The notes beneath the pieces are model-generated. The model worked only from the letters and a program-made list of their open reading frames with translations, ran no database searches and had not been told where the DNA came from. A DNA stretch of 46,595 bases from Octopus bimaculoides (lineage: Eukaryota). Numbering within the stretch: the stretch's first letter is position 1; each line of letters begins with the position of its first letter. Below, piece after piece: positions 23,475 through 34,633 of this stretch. The stretch is taken from the NCBI RefSeq assembly GCF_001194135.2, contig NC_068987.1, positions 47,225,938-47,272,532 on the forward strand. Direction: 5' to 3'. The position numbers were made by a program, and so were the translations under genes.

Positions 23475-23510
23475 CTGGCTTCTTTCAGTTTCCGTCTACT
23501 GAATCTACTT
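23215..23510 (-). mobile_element. SINE family A, 3' half with expanded (CA)n
   Basis: cttacttgtttcagtcattagactgcaaccatgctggagcaccacc...tttcagtttccgtctac. Confidence 0.8.
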
Positions 23511-24469
23511 ACAAAGTTTTGGTAGGCTCGAGGCTATAGAAGAACTCGGAACCGTTTAATTAGGAAGCATCCTTTTCACCTCATAGCCACGCTACGGTAA
23601 CCGTAACCTATATGAATATGGCTGCATAAGTGCCCCCCTCCCTTCATCGGTCCCTCTTTTTTCGTATATGTGTATGTGTGCATGTGTACGAGACAGCTAG
23701 ACTGACTGCGTGTAGATACGTATTTGCGTGTTTGTGTATACACACACATATATACGTACTCAGTATGTCTACACACATACATGTATTTGTGTGTGTGCGT
23801 GTGTGTGTGTGCGTGCGTGTGCGTGTGTGTGTGTCGTTGTCACTTGCGTGTCAGTATTTTGAATCTCCAAATATTTTTACCCTGATCTGTTTGTCTTTGT
23901 TATATACGTGTACGCGCCAGTACATAACACGCACGCACACACACGCAGTTTTTACTTTGTCTTCGTATTTTATTATCTTTGTACTGTGTGTATATGTATA
24001 TATATATATATACATATACGTTCTTGATGGTTTGTATGTGTTTGTGTGAGTGTATGTAGTTGTGTCGTTGAATTAGGTAAAAATGATCTATTTGCATTCA
24101 AATACGACAGTATATACATATCGCATGTATATATATATGCAAACATGCAGGAACACACATACGTACACATACATGAACACTCAAACAAACACATGCATGT
24201 TCTTTTGTTCCAGACTAATTTTCATCGAACAAACATAAAGGCTTTCCAACCGTGCCTATTTCGTCTTTTTCTATATTTAGGAGTACATGCTTAGAATGTG
24301 TACTGTTTTAAGAGAGTTTAATGAGTTGAGGGATTTTACAAGCTACTTTTGGCAGCTCGAGTGACCACGTAGACAGTCTCATTCGTTTACATGTATACGC
24401 TCTTGGTGTAATGTTACATACAAATATACACACATACGCTCGCACATATATGTGAAAGCCCGTGTGTAT

Positions 24470-24640
24470 GTGTGTGTCACCCAGCGCTTAACAAATGCTT
24501 ACGTCCCCCTAACTTAGCGGTTCGGCAAAAAGGTCGATAGAATAAGTACCAAACTTTTTTTTAAATAGTACTGGTGTCAGTTTGTTCGATTAATCCATCG
24601 AAGGCGGTGCCCCAGCATGGCTGCAGTTTAGTGGTTAAAA
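24470..24640 (+). mobile_element. SINE family A, 3' half
   Basis: aacttagcggttcggcaaaa...gatagaataagtacc...aaggcggtgccccagcatggc. Confidence 0.8.
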
Positions 24641-24809
24641 CAATATATATATATGTATGTGTGTGTATATATATATATGTATGTGTGTGTGTGTGTGTAA
24701 AAAGACTTTCTCACTTCCCGAGCGTTAAACTAATACATCTGTTCGTTGTTTACACACCCGTCTTCGTCTTTTGGGGTTTTTTTTGTAAATTCTCACTATA
24801 TATATTATA

Positions 24810-24911
24810 CTATTTTCTTTTTGGACAAAAACCCTTTCTACTTTTCGTCCTGTCTTTGTCCTTACATGTTTTTGATTTATATTATCCCTTGTGGCCAATA
24901 AAACAAGAATT
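24810..24911 (+). mobile_element. Short 3' end of the same Tx1-like LINE as 2124-3073
   Basis: 24839-24911 is nearly identical to 3001-3073; followed by (AAT)n(TTA)n. Confidence 0.75.
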
Positions 24912-24938
24912 AATAATAATAATAATTATTATTATTAC

Positions 24939-24974
<36 letters not shown>

Positions 24975-25042
24975 AGAAGAAAAAGAAAATGTTAAACTTC
25001 CCAATCTCCATTTTCTTTCTCTTTTATATAAATATAAACTAT

Positions 25043-25084
<42 letters not shown>

Positions 25085-25457
25085 AACTATTCATATAATA
25101 TATAGTCTATTGACTATATTCATATAATACATAGTCTATTGACTAGTTTTTTTCTTCACGCTAGACCACTGGTAGCAAAAAAATAATTTTTTACTACCCT
25201 GAAATTTATTAATATATATACATATACCTATTATTTTAAAGAAATGAATTCCTCCAAAATAGTAGGTATTGAACCATTATTTCCTTGGATGAAACCTTCC
25301 TTTCATGAAGTTAACACAAGCTCTAATCGAATGCACACAGACACATACATATAAGAGAGAGAGACGAAACATTGGGCCCTTGAGTCATATATGTAACTTG
25401 ACAATTAAATATCTCTCTGTCTACCTGTCTATTTGAAGTGTCTTTTAGACCATTTGT

Positions 25458-25509
<52 letters not shown>

Positions 25510-25597
25510 CTCCCTCTCCCTATATATATATATATATATCTGTGTATGTATTATATTCTTTAAAACCGCTTAGGCACATGAGTGATTCGTGGGTCAG

Positions 25598-25652
25598 GAG
25601 TATCGTACCAGAGCACTTACCAAATTTGGATAAGTGCTCTGGTACGAAACTC
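25598..25652. repeat. Near-perfect 55-bp palindrome
   Basis: gagtatcgtaccagagcactta-ccaaatttgg-a-taagtgctctggtacgaaactc. Confidence 0.9.
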
Positions 25653-25867
25653 TAGGCTCCTACATTATTGACGGTGCTTGTATATATGTATGTGTGCATA
25701 CATGTATATTCATGCGGGCACGCGAGTGCAAAACAAGGTGGAGAAAATTGCACTCGAATACCAAAGGTTGTGTAAAATATTGGCATTTTATTGTAGCTGT
25801 TACATGAAACACTGGGTGACAGTTTGTGAAGTTTTTTCAACTATCAATAAAACACCATATATATAAA

Positions 25868-25968
25868 GTAAAGATTATTTGCCAACATAATGTGGCAGTC
25901 CCGGTTGGGATGATTGTTACTGTTGTTCCAACCGGGACAACCACATTATGTTGGGAAATAATCTTTAC
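25868..25968. mobile_element. ~100-bp hairpin, possible TA-flanked MITE
   Basis: ~43-bp arms (gtaaagattatttgccaacataatgtgg..gtcccggttgg / ccaaccgggac..ccacattatgttgggaaataatctttac). Confidence 0.75.
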
Positions 25969-25971
25969 AAA

Positions 25972-26188
25972 GCGGCGAGCTGGCAGAAACGTTAGACTCG
26001 GAGCGAAATACTTAGCGGTATTTCGTCTGTCTTTACGTTGAGTTCAAATTCCGCCGAGGCCGACTTTGCCTTTCATCCTTTCGGGGTCGATTAAATAAGT
26101 ACTAGGTACTCACTGAGGTCGATGTAATCGACTTAATCCCTTGTTTGCCCCCTCTATATTTAGCCCTTTGTGAGCAATAAAGAAATAA
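25972..26188 (+). mobile_element. SINE family B
   Basis: gcggcgagctggcagaaacgttag...gagttcaaattccgccgaggccgactttgcctttcatcctttcggggtcg. Confidence 0.85.
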
Positions 26189-26259
26189 AAATTATCTTTA
26201 CTCTAAAGTACTGTTACTGTATGTCTCTCATTGAGAGATTTAGAAATAAAGTTCCTACC

Positions 26260-26289
<30 letters not shown>

Positions 26290-26291
<2 letters not shown>

Positions 26292-27300
26292 CGTTGAGTT
26301 GTACAATAATAATTCTGCCAAACTTTTTATTCCCTGAAGATTACTTTCTTTTTTCTTGTGTTTTACAAAAAGGTCGGTGGGGTTGCTATGAGAATTAAGA
26401 TGGACCGAACGCAAACCTCTTCATTGGCAACATTGAGGCATAGATGTTCCCCTAGTTTATTGAACGGCTCTCGATAAGTTGACCAGTCGCTATATTGATG
26501 ACGGTCTCAGCGTCACCATATTCACCAAACAGCAAGAATTGATATCCTCATCTCTTGCCCTAACTCATTTCGCTCTGTCCCGGAATCCATCTTTATCCTA
26601 TTTAACATCCCCACCGGCTTTCTAGATATCTCCGTCATTGTCGGCAACCTCCACCTGCCCACCTCTGCACACTGTCTCCAACTTACATTTCTCTTACTCT
26701 TTTTCACTCCATTCACACGTAAGCTCTTCCCTCTCCGCTACCCTTTCTCTCCTTAAAAAAAGGTAAAGATTTCTGTAGCTTTTTACTTAGAAGCTTCCCA
26801 CCTGCCCTCTTCACCAGCCATGACCTACCAGATGTTTCATGCGTGCCCAAAGTATGTTATACCCGGCGTCTCTACATTAGTAATGCTACAATTACTAATG
26901 TATTACCAGCCCCAAATTCCTTTACTGAATTAAATTCCTTTACCGCGAGTGACCTTCTCCAAAACACTGTAGGTCAATACGTAACTCACCATTTCAACAG
27001 ATCTGATCATTTCATTAACCACCTCTTGCTGTCCGGTATATTACCTACATAGGGCATCTCACTCCAGGAAACACTAAGAACTTAGTATACGCAATTGAAC
27101 AGTTTTAAATCGCCATCTGTATATCATACTAAACGTAAACACACCTTCAGAAAGCATGAAATTATGGATTTATTTAACATAAAATATCGGGGCGAGACGA
27201 ACATTGTCGCTGCAGAGGTTCACGAGAATAACAAACATGTTTCACCTTTATTGAGGCTTGTCAATGCTGCACATCCGATTGTCACCAACTTAAATGATAT
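26290..27300 (+). pseudogene. Heavily decayed Penelope-like RT plus GIY-YIG element
   Basis: GVAM..M(G)P..ANLFIGNIE (26379 onward), RYIDDG (26488-26505), FLDISV (26619 onward), then NTKNLVYAIE..HLYI..TKR near 27070-27150. Confidence 0.7.
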
Positions 27301-27977
27301 TCGTGTGGAAAGACCCCCACCCCATTTTCTCCCTTTTTTTTTCCAAAAACCCCCGTTTTCGGATACGGAGATTCCGGAAAATTGCCAAAAATCGGCATTT
27401 TAAAATACCGCCCCCGCNNNNNNNNNNNNNNNNNNNNNNNNNNNNNNNNNNNNNNNNNNNNNNNNNNNNNNNNNNNNNNNNNNNNNNNNNNNNNNNNNNN
27501 NNNNNNNNNNNNNNNNNNNNNNNNNNNNNNNNNNNNNNNNNNNNNNNNNNNNNNNNNNNNNNNNNNNNNNNNNNNNNNNNNNNNNNNNNNNNNNNNNNNN
27601 NNNNNNNNNNNNNNNNNNNNNNNNNNNNNNNNNNNNNNNNNNNNNNNNNNNNNNNNNNNNNNNNNNNNNNNNNNNNNNNNNNNNNNNNNNNNNNNNNNNN
27701 NNNNNNNNNNNNNNNNNNNNNNNNNNNNNNNNNNNNNNNNNNNNNNNNNNNNNNNNNNNNNNNNNNNNNNNNNNNNNNNNNNNNNNNNNNNNNNNNNNNN
27801 NNNNNNNNNNNNNNNNNNNNNNNNNNNNNNNNNNNNNNNNNNNNNNNNNNNNNNNNNNNNNNNNNNNNNNNNNNNNNNNNNNNNNNNNNNNNNNNNNNNN
27901 NNNNNNNNNNNNNNNNNNNNNNNNNNNNNNNNNNNNNNNNNNNNNNNNNNTATAAGCATGTTAATGTTTTACGTTTA

Positions 27978-28350
27978 AGTTGAGGCGCAATGGCCCAGTG
28001 GTTAGGGCAGCGGACTCGCGGTCATAGGATCACGATTTCGATTCCCAGACCGGGCGTTCTGAGTGTTTATTGAACGAAAACACCTAAAACTCCACGAGGC
28101 TCCGGATGGTGGTGAACCCTGCTGTACTGTTTCACCACAGCTTTCTCTTACTTCCTGTTTCTGTTGTGCCTGCAATTCAAAGGGTCAGCCTTGTCACACT
28201 GTGTCACGCTGAATATCCCTGAGAACTACGTTAAGGGTACACGTGTCTGTGGAGTGCTCAGCCACTTGCACGTTAATTTCACGAGCAGGCTGTTCCGTTG
28301 ATCGGATCAACTGGAACCCTCGACGTCGTAAGCGACGGAGTGCCAACAAC
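27978..28350 (+). mobile_element. tRNA-derived SINE, family C, with a 15-bp target-site duplication
   Basis: ggcgcaatggcccagtggttagggcagcggactcg head, (CAA)n tail; aatgttttacgttta at 27963-27977 and 28351-28365. Confidence 0.88.
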
Positions 28351-28924
28351 AATGTTTTACGTTTATTTTACTTCTTATTTTATTTTTTATATTATTTTGT
28401 ATGTATGCACTTAAGAAACTATATATGAGTTGGTATCACAGTTTCCATTGTCCTTGTGTATGTAGCATGTCCTCAAGTATATATGTACGCGCTTATGCTT
28501 CTAAGTATATTTATATGTATTCTCACGTGTGTGTATGTGTGAATACTACTGGTAACCAGCCTCTCATTGCAATCAATCTTCTGGCCATCAAGAACACCCC
28601 CGCTTCTGTAAATTGGACATTCCTTCACGTAACGTTTCTCTTTTCTTATCGTTCTTATTCTCTTTCCACCTCATCCACTCCTCAGTTTTTTTTCTATGCT
28701 ATGCTATGTCTGTCTGTCTCTCTCTCTCCCACTATTTTTTCTCTCTTCAACTGCTTCCCCCTGCGCATGCACGACTACTAACTCTGTTATTTCCTGTTAT
28801 TCTCCACTACATCCAAACTATCTTCGACTTATCACGAAAGAGTACTTTGTCTAAAACCTTTCCTACTCTTCTCTCTACAACATAAAAACTTTGCCCCCAC
28901 TCACTCACTCATTCGACATTTACG

Positions 28925-28956
<32 letters not shown>

Positions 28957-29229
28957 TGCATACATACATAGAGAGGGCGAGAGAAATGATTGTGTTTTCA
29001 TGCATATCTATACCTTTAGCGCGTGTTTTGTTTCTTAAACATGACAGATACACATGACGGAAAAGGCTAGAAGAGGAGAAAAGGCGAGAAGTACATCGAA
29101 GTAAGGTGACTGAAATGGTATGAGAGGTAAATGGAAGCGAATGTGTAATGACAGCCAGATATAGATACAAAGGTGAAAAAATAAGACAGAAGTAACTAGA
29201 TGGAAGAAAACGAAAGGTTGAGATCTTCA

Positions 29230-29578
29230 CCCGAGCAAACCCATTGAAAGATCTGCTTGCTGTACCTCATTTGAGAGTGTCATTGTTCAAGAACGCATCT
29301 AAACGACTGCTGCGATTTCTGCTAATATATTGCGTGTCCTCAGTGAGTCGAGACTGAACAGATACAATAGCAACTGGCTACATACATAGTCAACCAGTTG
29401 CTTTCGTGTAGCCCCATACCTATGACCTGAAGGTAGCCGGCAGACGATTGGATGCAACCTAGCGTTGTTCTAGTTATATCATACATCAGTGTAAATGAGA
29501 ACCTTGCGGCACTTGCCAACATATAATGTGAGGAAATTGTGTGACAGTCTGATCGTGTTTTCAGCCTCTCCACTGTTA
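29230..29578 (-). pseudogene. Possible RTE-like LINE 3' remnant
   Basis: Weak similarity only (WLPSGHR/KQLVDY-like segments across frames). Confidence 0.3.
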
Positions 29579-30659
29579 AGTCTATCTGTATGTTTGATGT
29601 TATTGTTACTGTGTCGTTTCTATTTACCTTGATCGATCAATAAAGCGTTCCAGCCGTGACTATTCTATCTTTGTTTTTCAATCGTAGTGTATGTCCAGAT
29701 TCACTGTCGATTTAGTTATAAGCTAAACTAGCTACAGCTTAGAATCTCACAGTACGCAAGCATTGACGTACCGTGTGTTTAAGCTGCCTTGTACGGTAGC
29801 CAAAATGGTTGTCTCCTTCCCTAAACGTAACGTACCTTTGACTACTACACACGTATATATAGTAGCTACCCTGTCCAGTTCGCACATCCCACGTCATGCT
29901 ACTGTCCGCAGGAGCTTCAAAATAAAAGGCATATATGTTTTCAATTTTGATGAGAGCTTCTGGAGTAATTTTCTTAAGAAGCTTTCCAAGATTTGTAGCG
30001 AGACTTTAGTTGCATTCGAACCATCACTCTTGGATTTCCAACCATGAGCCATGGCCTGCTTAAAGAGCATGGCCATTTCCTACCAATTTGAATGGTTTTG
30101 TACAGGATGAGATAAACTGGTGATTTTAGACTTCAGATCAGAGTTAATTCGGAATCCACATGGAGTTTCGTCACTGTGTTCTGTGAAATATGCTTTCACC
30201 CTTTTTAACTTGTCCTTATATAATATCTCTTGTGTGCAAATAAATATTATTTGTATCGTCATTTTTTCACTGAGGCAGTTTCTTATTGTTATTTACTAAT
30301 GGCATTCTAATGACACTCCATACAAACAGTTTATATAATTTTGGGCTTCAACCAACTTTAAATCCAGCACTGCCCCGACTACATTACATTCGACATGTCT
30401 TTTTCTTTAATATAGTAGGGGTGTGATTTGCGCAGCTTTTTTTTTATTTTTTATTCATTTATTTTAGCAGGGCAGCCGATTACGTAAGAGGCCCACTTGC
30501 TTGCTCTGTATGCTTTATGTTCTGATGATGGCCACAACAAAGTCGGACATATTGAATTCAGGACACTGTTGTTCTGCATTTTCATTAGTGGTGTGCAGCC
30601 CGACACAGTACTTAGGACTAATGAGGTCATTAACTACAGTTATTTCTTTCTCTTTCCCT

Positions 30660-30708
<49 letters not shown>

Positions 30709-32504
30709 TTTACTTTGTTCGGGTTGTGAGAAAGACACAAAAGTGTTTTTAGGATGGTTTTATAGTAACGAAAGTAGAACGGTGTGTTGGTGTTTGTTTC
30801 ATTGTTGTTTTCGTTGTAGGCGTCATGTTTTTTTTTTTTTTCGATTTTTGTTTTTTGCTAGATCCCTGACGTAATTATAGTGGTTGAGTCACGAGACGGG
30901 TGTAATAATAACAATAAAATACCGGGAAGATGCACGGAATTGGGCGGGGTTGCAAAATGTTAAAATAAAATATAAATTTTGGAGACAAGTCTTTCACAGA
31001 CAATGATGACCACCTAGTTCCTTGCCCATTTGGAAATAGGTGCAATAGAAAAATTTTACCATAGTGTCTGAATCCGTGTTGCGATTTGGAGCGGATTAAT
31101 CGTGCCTTATAGTCAGGAGGGAAAGTAGTGTCAATGATGACCTTTACACGGCCTCCAAGAGTGGGGGGGGGAGGTATATTTCAAACCGGAGGCCTGGCCC
31201 TAATGCTTGTAACAGAGTGAACCCCGCTAAAGGCAGTTAAGATGCCTGGTGGTAATGTTAAGCCAGGCGATGGGTTAAGACTACCACCCAATGTGTGGGT
31301 TAATAATATCAAGGATGGATCTTGGATCTTTCCAAAAACATTTGAGGGTGTGGAGAGGAAGATAATTCTATGTGAGGCATTATTTCAGTCGGGACTTTGT
31401 TGGTAATTTTAGAATTGTGATGGTTTTACCTGGTTTTCAGACTCTGGGAATTTGACAGCGATTGGTACAGAGTAGTTATATTTTAGCCCCAGTCCCAGGT
31501 CAGCGCTGATCGAGCAGGTGGTCTATAATCAAAAAGCATTCCAACTTTCTCTAGTCAGGGAATCCATGACCAAGTTATTCAACTTGGTCATGATGGTAGA
31601 ATGTGATTTGAAGGATGCTGGCTTCTGTTTCTAGCAAATTGAGTTACCTCGTAAGCACTCACAAACAAGTCTCTGCAGGAATTACAGCAGAATTAGATGA
31701 GATGAATCGAGTGAGATGACAATAGTTTCTGTCCTCTTTTTATTTATCTCTGTAGGTGTGCATCCCACAAGAATATTTAAGGCTGATGATATTTATTGTT
31801 TCTATATAGATGTGTAGTGAGATTTAGCCTCACGTTAGACCTCTGATGATTAAAATCCTTTCCAAACATAAACATCCCGTCTTTTTTTTTTCCTTCCGCC
31901 ATAGACCGTAAATCTAATGCCTACTTTAATCTAATCTGTCCTTTTTTTTTTAATCTGCAAATGGTAATTTCAATATTTGGCTGTTGTTTCTAATGATCCA
32001 AGGGACCACATTGCAGCTCGCTCATTGGTCTATTTCGTTGATGTATATGGTGGTGGTGGTGGTGATAGTGGTCGCCGTAGCGATGGTGGTAGTCTTGGTT
32101 GTGGTAATTGTGGTCGTGGTAGCAGTGATGGTGGCGATGATGGGGGAGGGGTGATATCTGTAATATAAATATATATCGATGTAAGTAATCGGATTAATTC
32201 AATCCAAAGGTGATTCGACAGAATAAGCTAAGCTTTATTTCACTTAGCTTCTTGTATCATCACTAAATTCCCCCAATTCACCCCTCATCCTCCCTATGTT
32301 TTAAGAGATACATATTTTGGTGTCGTTGAGAATGTTTTCTCTCAACAGCACCAAAGATCGAAACTAGTCTACAGCTGACTGGCCTAATTACATACCAACG
32401 TGGATAAACTGGTATTAAAACATTAATGATGTTAATGGTGGTTTTGATAGTTTGATGAGGCATGCAAAGGTATCTCGATAAGTAAAGCAGCTTTTAAACA
32501 TGTT

Positions 32505-32845
32505 TAACATTGGTTTCAAATCTTGACACAAGGCCAGAAATCTCGGGGGAGGGCAGGCCAATTACATCGACCCCGTTGCTCAATTGGTACTTATCTTATC
32601 GACCCCAAAAGGATGAAAGGTAAAGTCGATCTCGGCAGAATTTGAACTCAGAGTGACCGACGAAATGCCGCTAAGTAGTTTGTCCGGTATGCTAACTATT
32701 CTGTCAGCTCGTCGCTTTAATATTCATTTCAAATTTTGGCACAAGGTGAGCAATTTCGGGGAAGGAAATTACATCGACCCCCAATGCTCAACTGGTACTT
32801 ATTTTATCGACCCCAAAAGGATGAAAGACAAAGTTGAACTCAGAA
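32505..32845 (-). mobile_element. SINE family B plus an adjacent partial copy
   Basis: tacatcgacccc...actta..ttatcgaccccaaaaggatgaaag occurs twice (~32563 and ~32770). Confidence 0.8.
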
Positions 32846-32914
32846 GCATATTTAATATTATAGCATATTTAATATTATAAAGCCTGACTCAAGTGGAACA
32901 CAAGATGTAGGTGT

Positions 32915-33050
32915 GTTAGGCATAGCTGTGTGGTTAAGAAGCTCGCTTTGTAACCACGTGGTTTCGGGTTCAGTCCTACTGCTCGGCACCTTGGGCAAGT
33001 ATCTTCTACTATAACTCCAGGTTGATTAATGCCTTGTGAGTGAATCCGGT
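32915..33050 (+). mobile_element. SINE family A, 5' half
   Basis: aggcatagctgtgtggttaagaagctcgc...ccttgggcaagtatcttc...gccttgtgagtg. Confidence 0.8.
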
Positions 33051-33078
33051 CATGTGTGTGTGTGTGTTTGTTATGTCA

Positions 33079-33168
33079 GGCCACTTGTGAGGTCTCTCAT
33101 GAATGCTACTGGTAACATGGAATCCAGCACAACCTGTTGCATGGTCGAGTCGGCGGCGACTAAACTGA
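33079..33168 (+). ncRNA. HDV-like ribozyme candidate at the 5' end of a putative RTE fragment
   Basis: P1 GGCCAC/ATGGTC, P2 CCAGC/ACTGA, L3 ACCTGT, P4 TCG-GCGG-CGA, J4/2 CTAA; several mismatches suggest decay. Confidence 0.5.
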
Positions 33169-33720
33169 CCCCACCCCCACAACACTAGGCTTGCAAAGTG
33201 AGGAGGATTGCTAGAAACCTAGCAGTCTATAAAAAACAAGACCTGTGAAAAAACGGATGAACCTAGTGTAGGTTCAACAACTGTCTAGCAATAGCACGGG
33301 CCCTCAGAAATTCCGAGTCTCTGTCTGGCCTGCTGGAAGACCACTGGGAGTGAGGCAGTACTCAGCTTTTGTTAAAGTATGTCTCTAGGAGAAGGTCACT
33401 CTGGTATAAAACCAGATATGCAGGCAATAGCATCGAGCATTTGGGAAAGATTTTGCTTGCGCTGAAGATCATGGCGCTCTCCATTTCTGAGCCTGCAACC
33501 CATAATTGCACTGGATATCTTCTCCTGGTTTGTCTCTGGATCATCTCAGTAGGGTGGAGAGGGACTGTGGGGTGCTTGCAGGCCTTATTGAACTTAAAAT
33601 TGTAGGTTGCGCAATCACCGGCGAGGCGACTTTCCAATGCCTAATGAAGTATGTGGGCGCCGCGTCGAGCATGGAAGCTGCGGGTGCGAACCCGGATGGA
33701 GTCGATTGCGTCTACAGTTT
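33079..33720 (+). mobile_element. Putative RTE-type LINE 5' fragment nested inside a SINE
   Basis: 5' part homologous to 20360-20600; lies between the two halves of a family A SINE. Confidence 0.5.
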
Positions 33721-33721
33721 C

Positions 33722-33910
33722 TTCATCCCTACCGATTGACAACCGGTGTTGCTTTGTCTATGTGTCTGAAATTTAGAGATTAGGTAAACGAGCCCGATAG
33801 AATAAGTACCAGGCTTAAAAGATAAATACTGGGATCGGTTTGTTCGACTGAACTCACCAAGGCGACACCCCAGCGTGGTCGCAGTCCAAAGACTGAAGCA
33901 AATAAAAAAT
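33722..33910 (+). mobile_element. SINE family A, 3' half
   Basis: gattgacaaccggtgttg...gatagaataagtaccagg...ccccagcgtggtcgcagtcc. Confidence 0.8.
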
Positions 33911-33914
33911 CATG

Positions 33915-33947
<33 letters not shown>

Positions 33948-34322
33948 TATAACTGCAGCATCCATAACTTCATTAGTTCTAAGTAGTGTGTTGGGATGAC
34001 TACCACCGATGAAAGTACTTAGGAACAACAATGGCATTCCAACTGAATTTACTAATCCACTTCTGCTGTGACCACATACAGAGTATTGCTAGAAATAACA
34101 ATCAAATCTCCCTCAGATCACACCCAACTGTATTAAACAGAGTAAACACATAATATATATTAAGCAGTTGAATGATCTTGAAATAGTTGGCTTTCCAGGT
34201 TGATTTATCTTCCATGGCTATCACGGTGGATCAGAGACTGCAATTTAAAGATAAATCTGAGAATATATGTATATGTGTGTGTGTGTGTAAGTATGTATGT
34301 GTATATATATATATATATGATC

Positions 34323-34599
34323 TAAAACCCGAACCCTAAGCCTAAACCCCTACTAGGGAATAATGATATAATTAAACAGGGAATAACACTCTCGACACCG
34401 GCAAAAATTATTGTTTACAAAAACAGCAGTAACTGTATTCAGCTGAATAGACGTCAGTGATTGGTCGAAATTACAGAAATACAAGAACTTAAACATGAAA
34501 TAACTTATTAAGAAGAAATTTTTGTTAAGAAGGCTAAGAAAAAAAGATGTTTTATATGACACATTCTACCAGTATCCCAAGTTTGAAAGTGTTTCGTTA

Positions 34600-34600
<1 letters not shown>
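34323..34600 (-). mobile_element. Partial relative of the telomere-repeat transposon at 37108-37682
   Basis: 34440-34600 matches the reverse complement of 37140-37292; degenerate ccctaa units at 34323-34352. Confidence 0.75.

Positions 34601-34633
<33 letters not shown>

Noticed and set aside
30515-30560. Hammerhead at CTGATGATGGCC
   Set aside because: The GAAAC box is absent and the stems are unconvincing.
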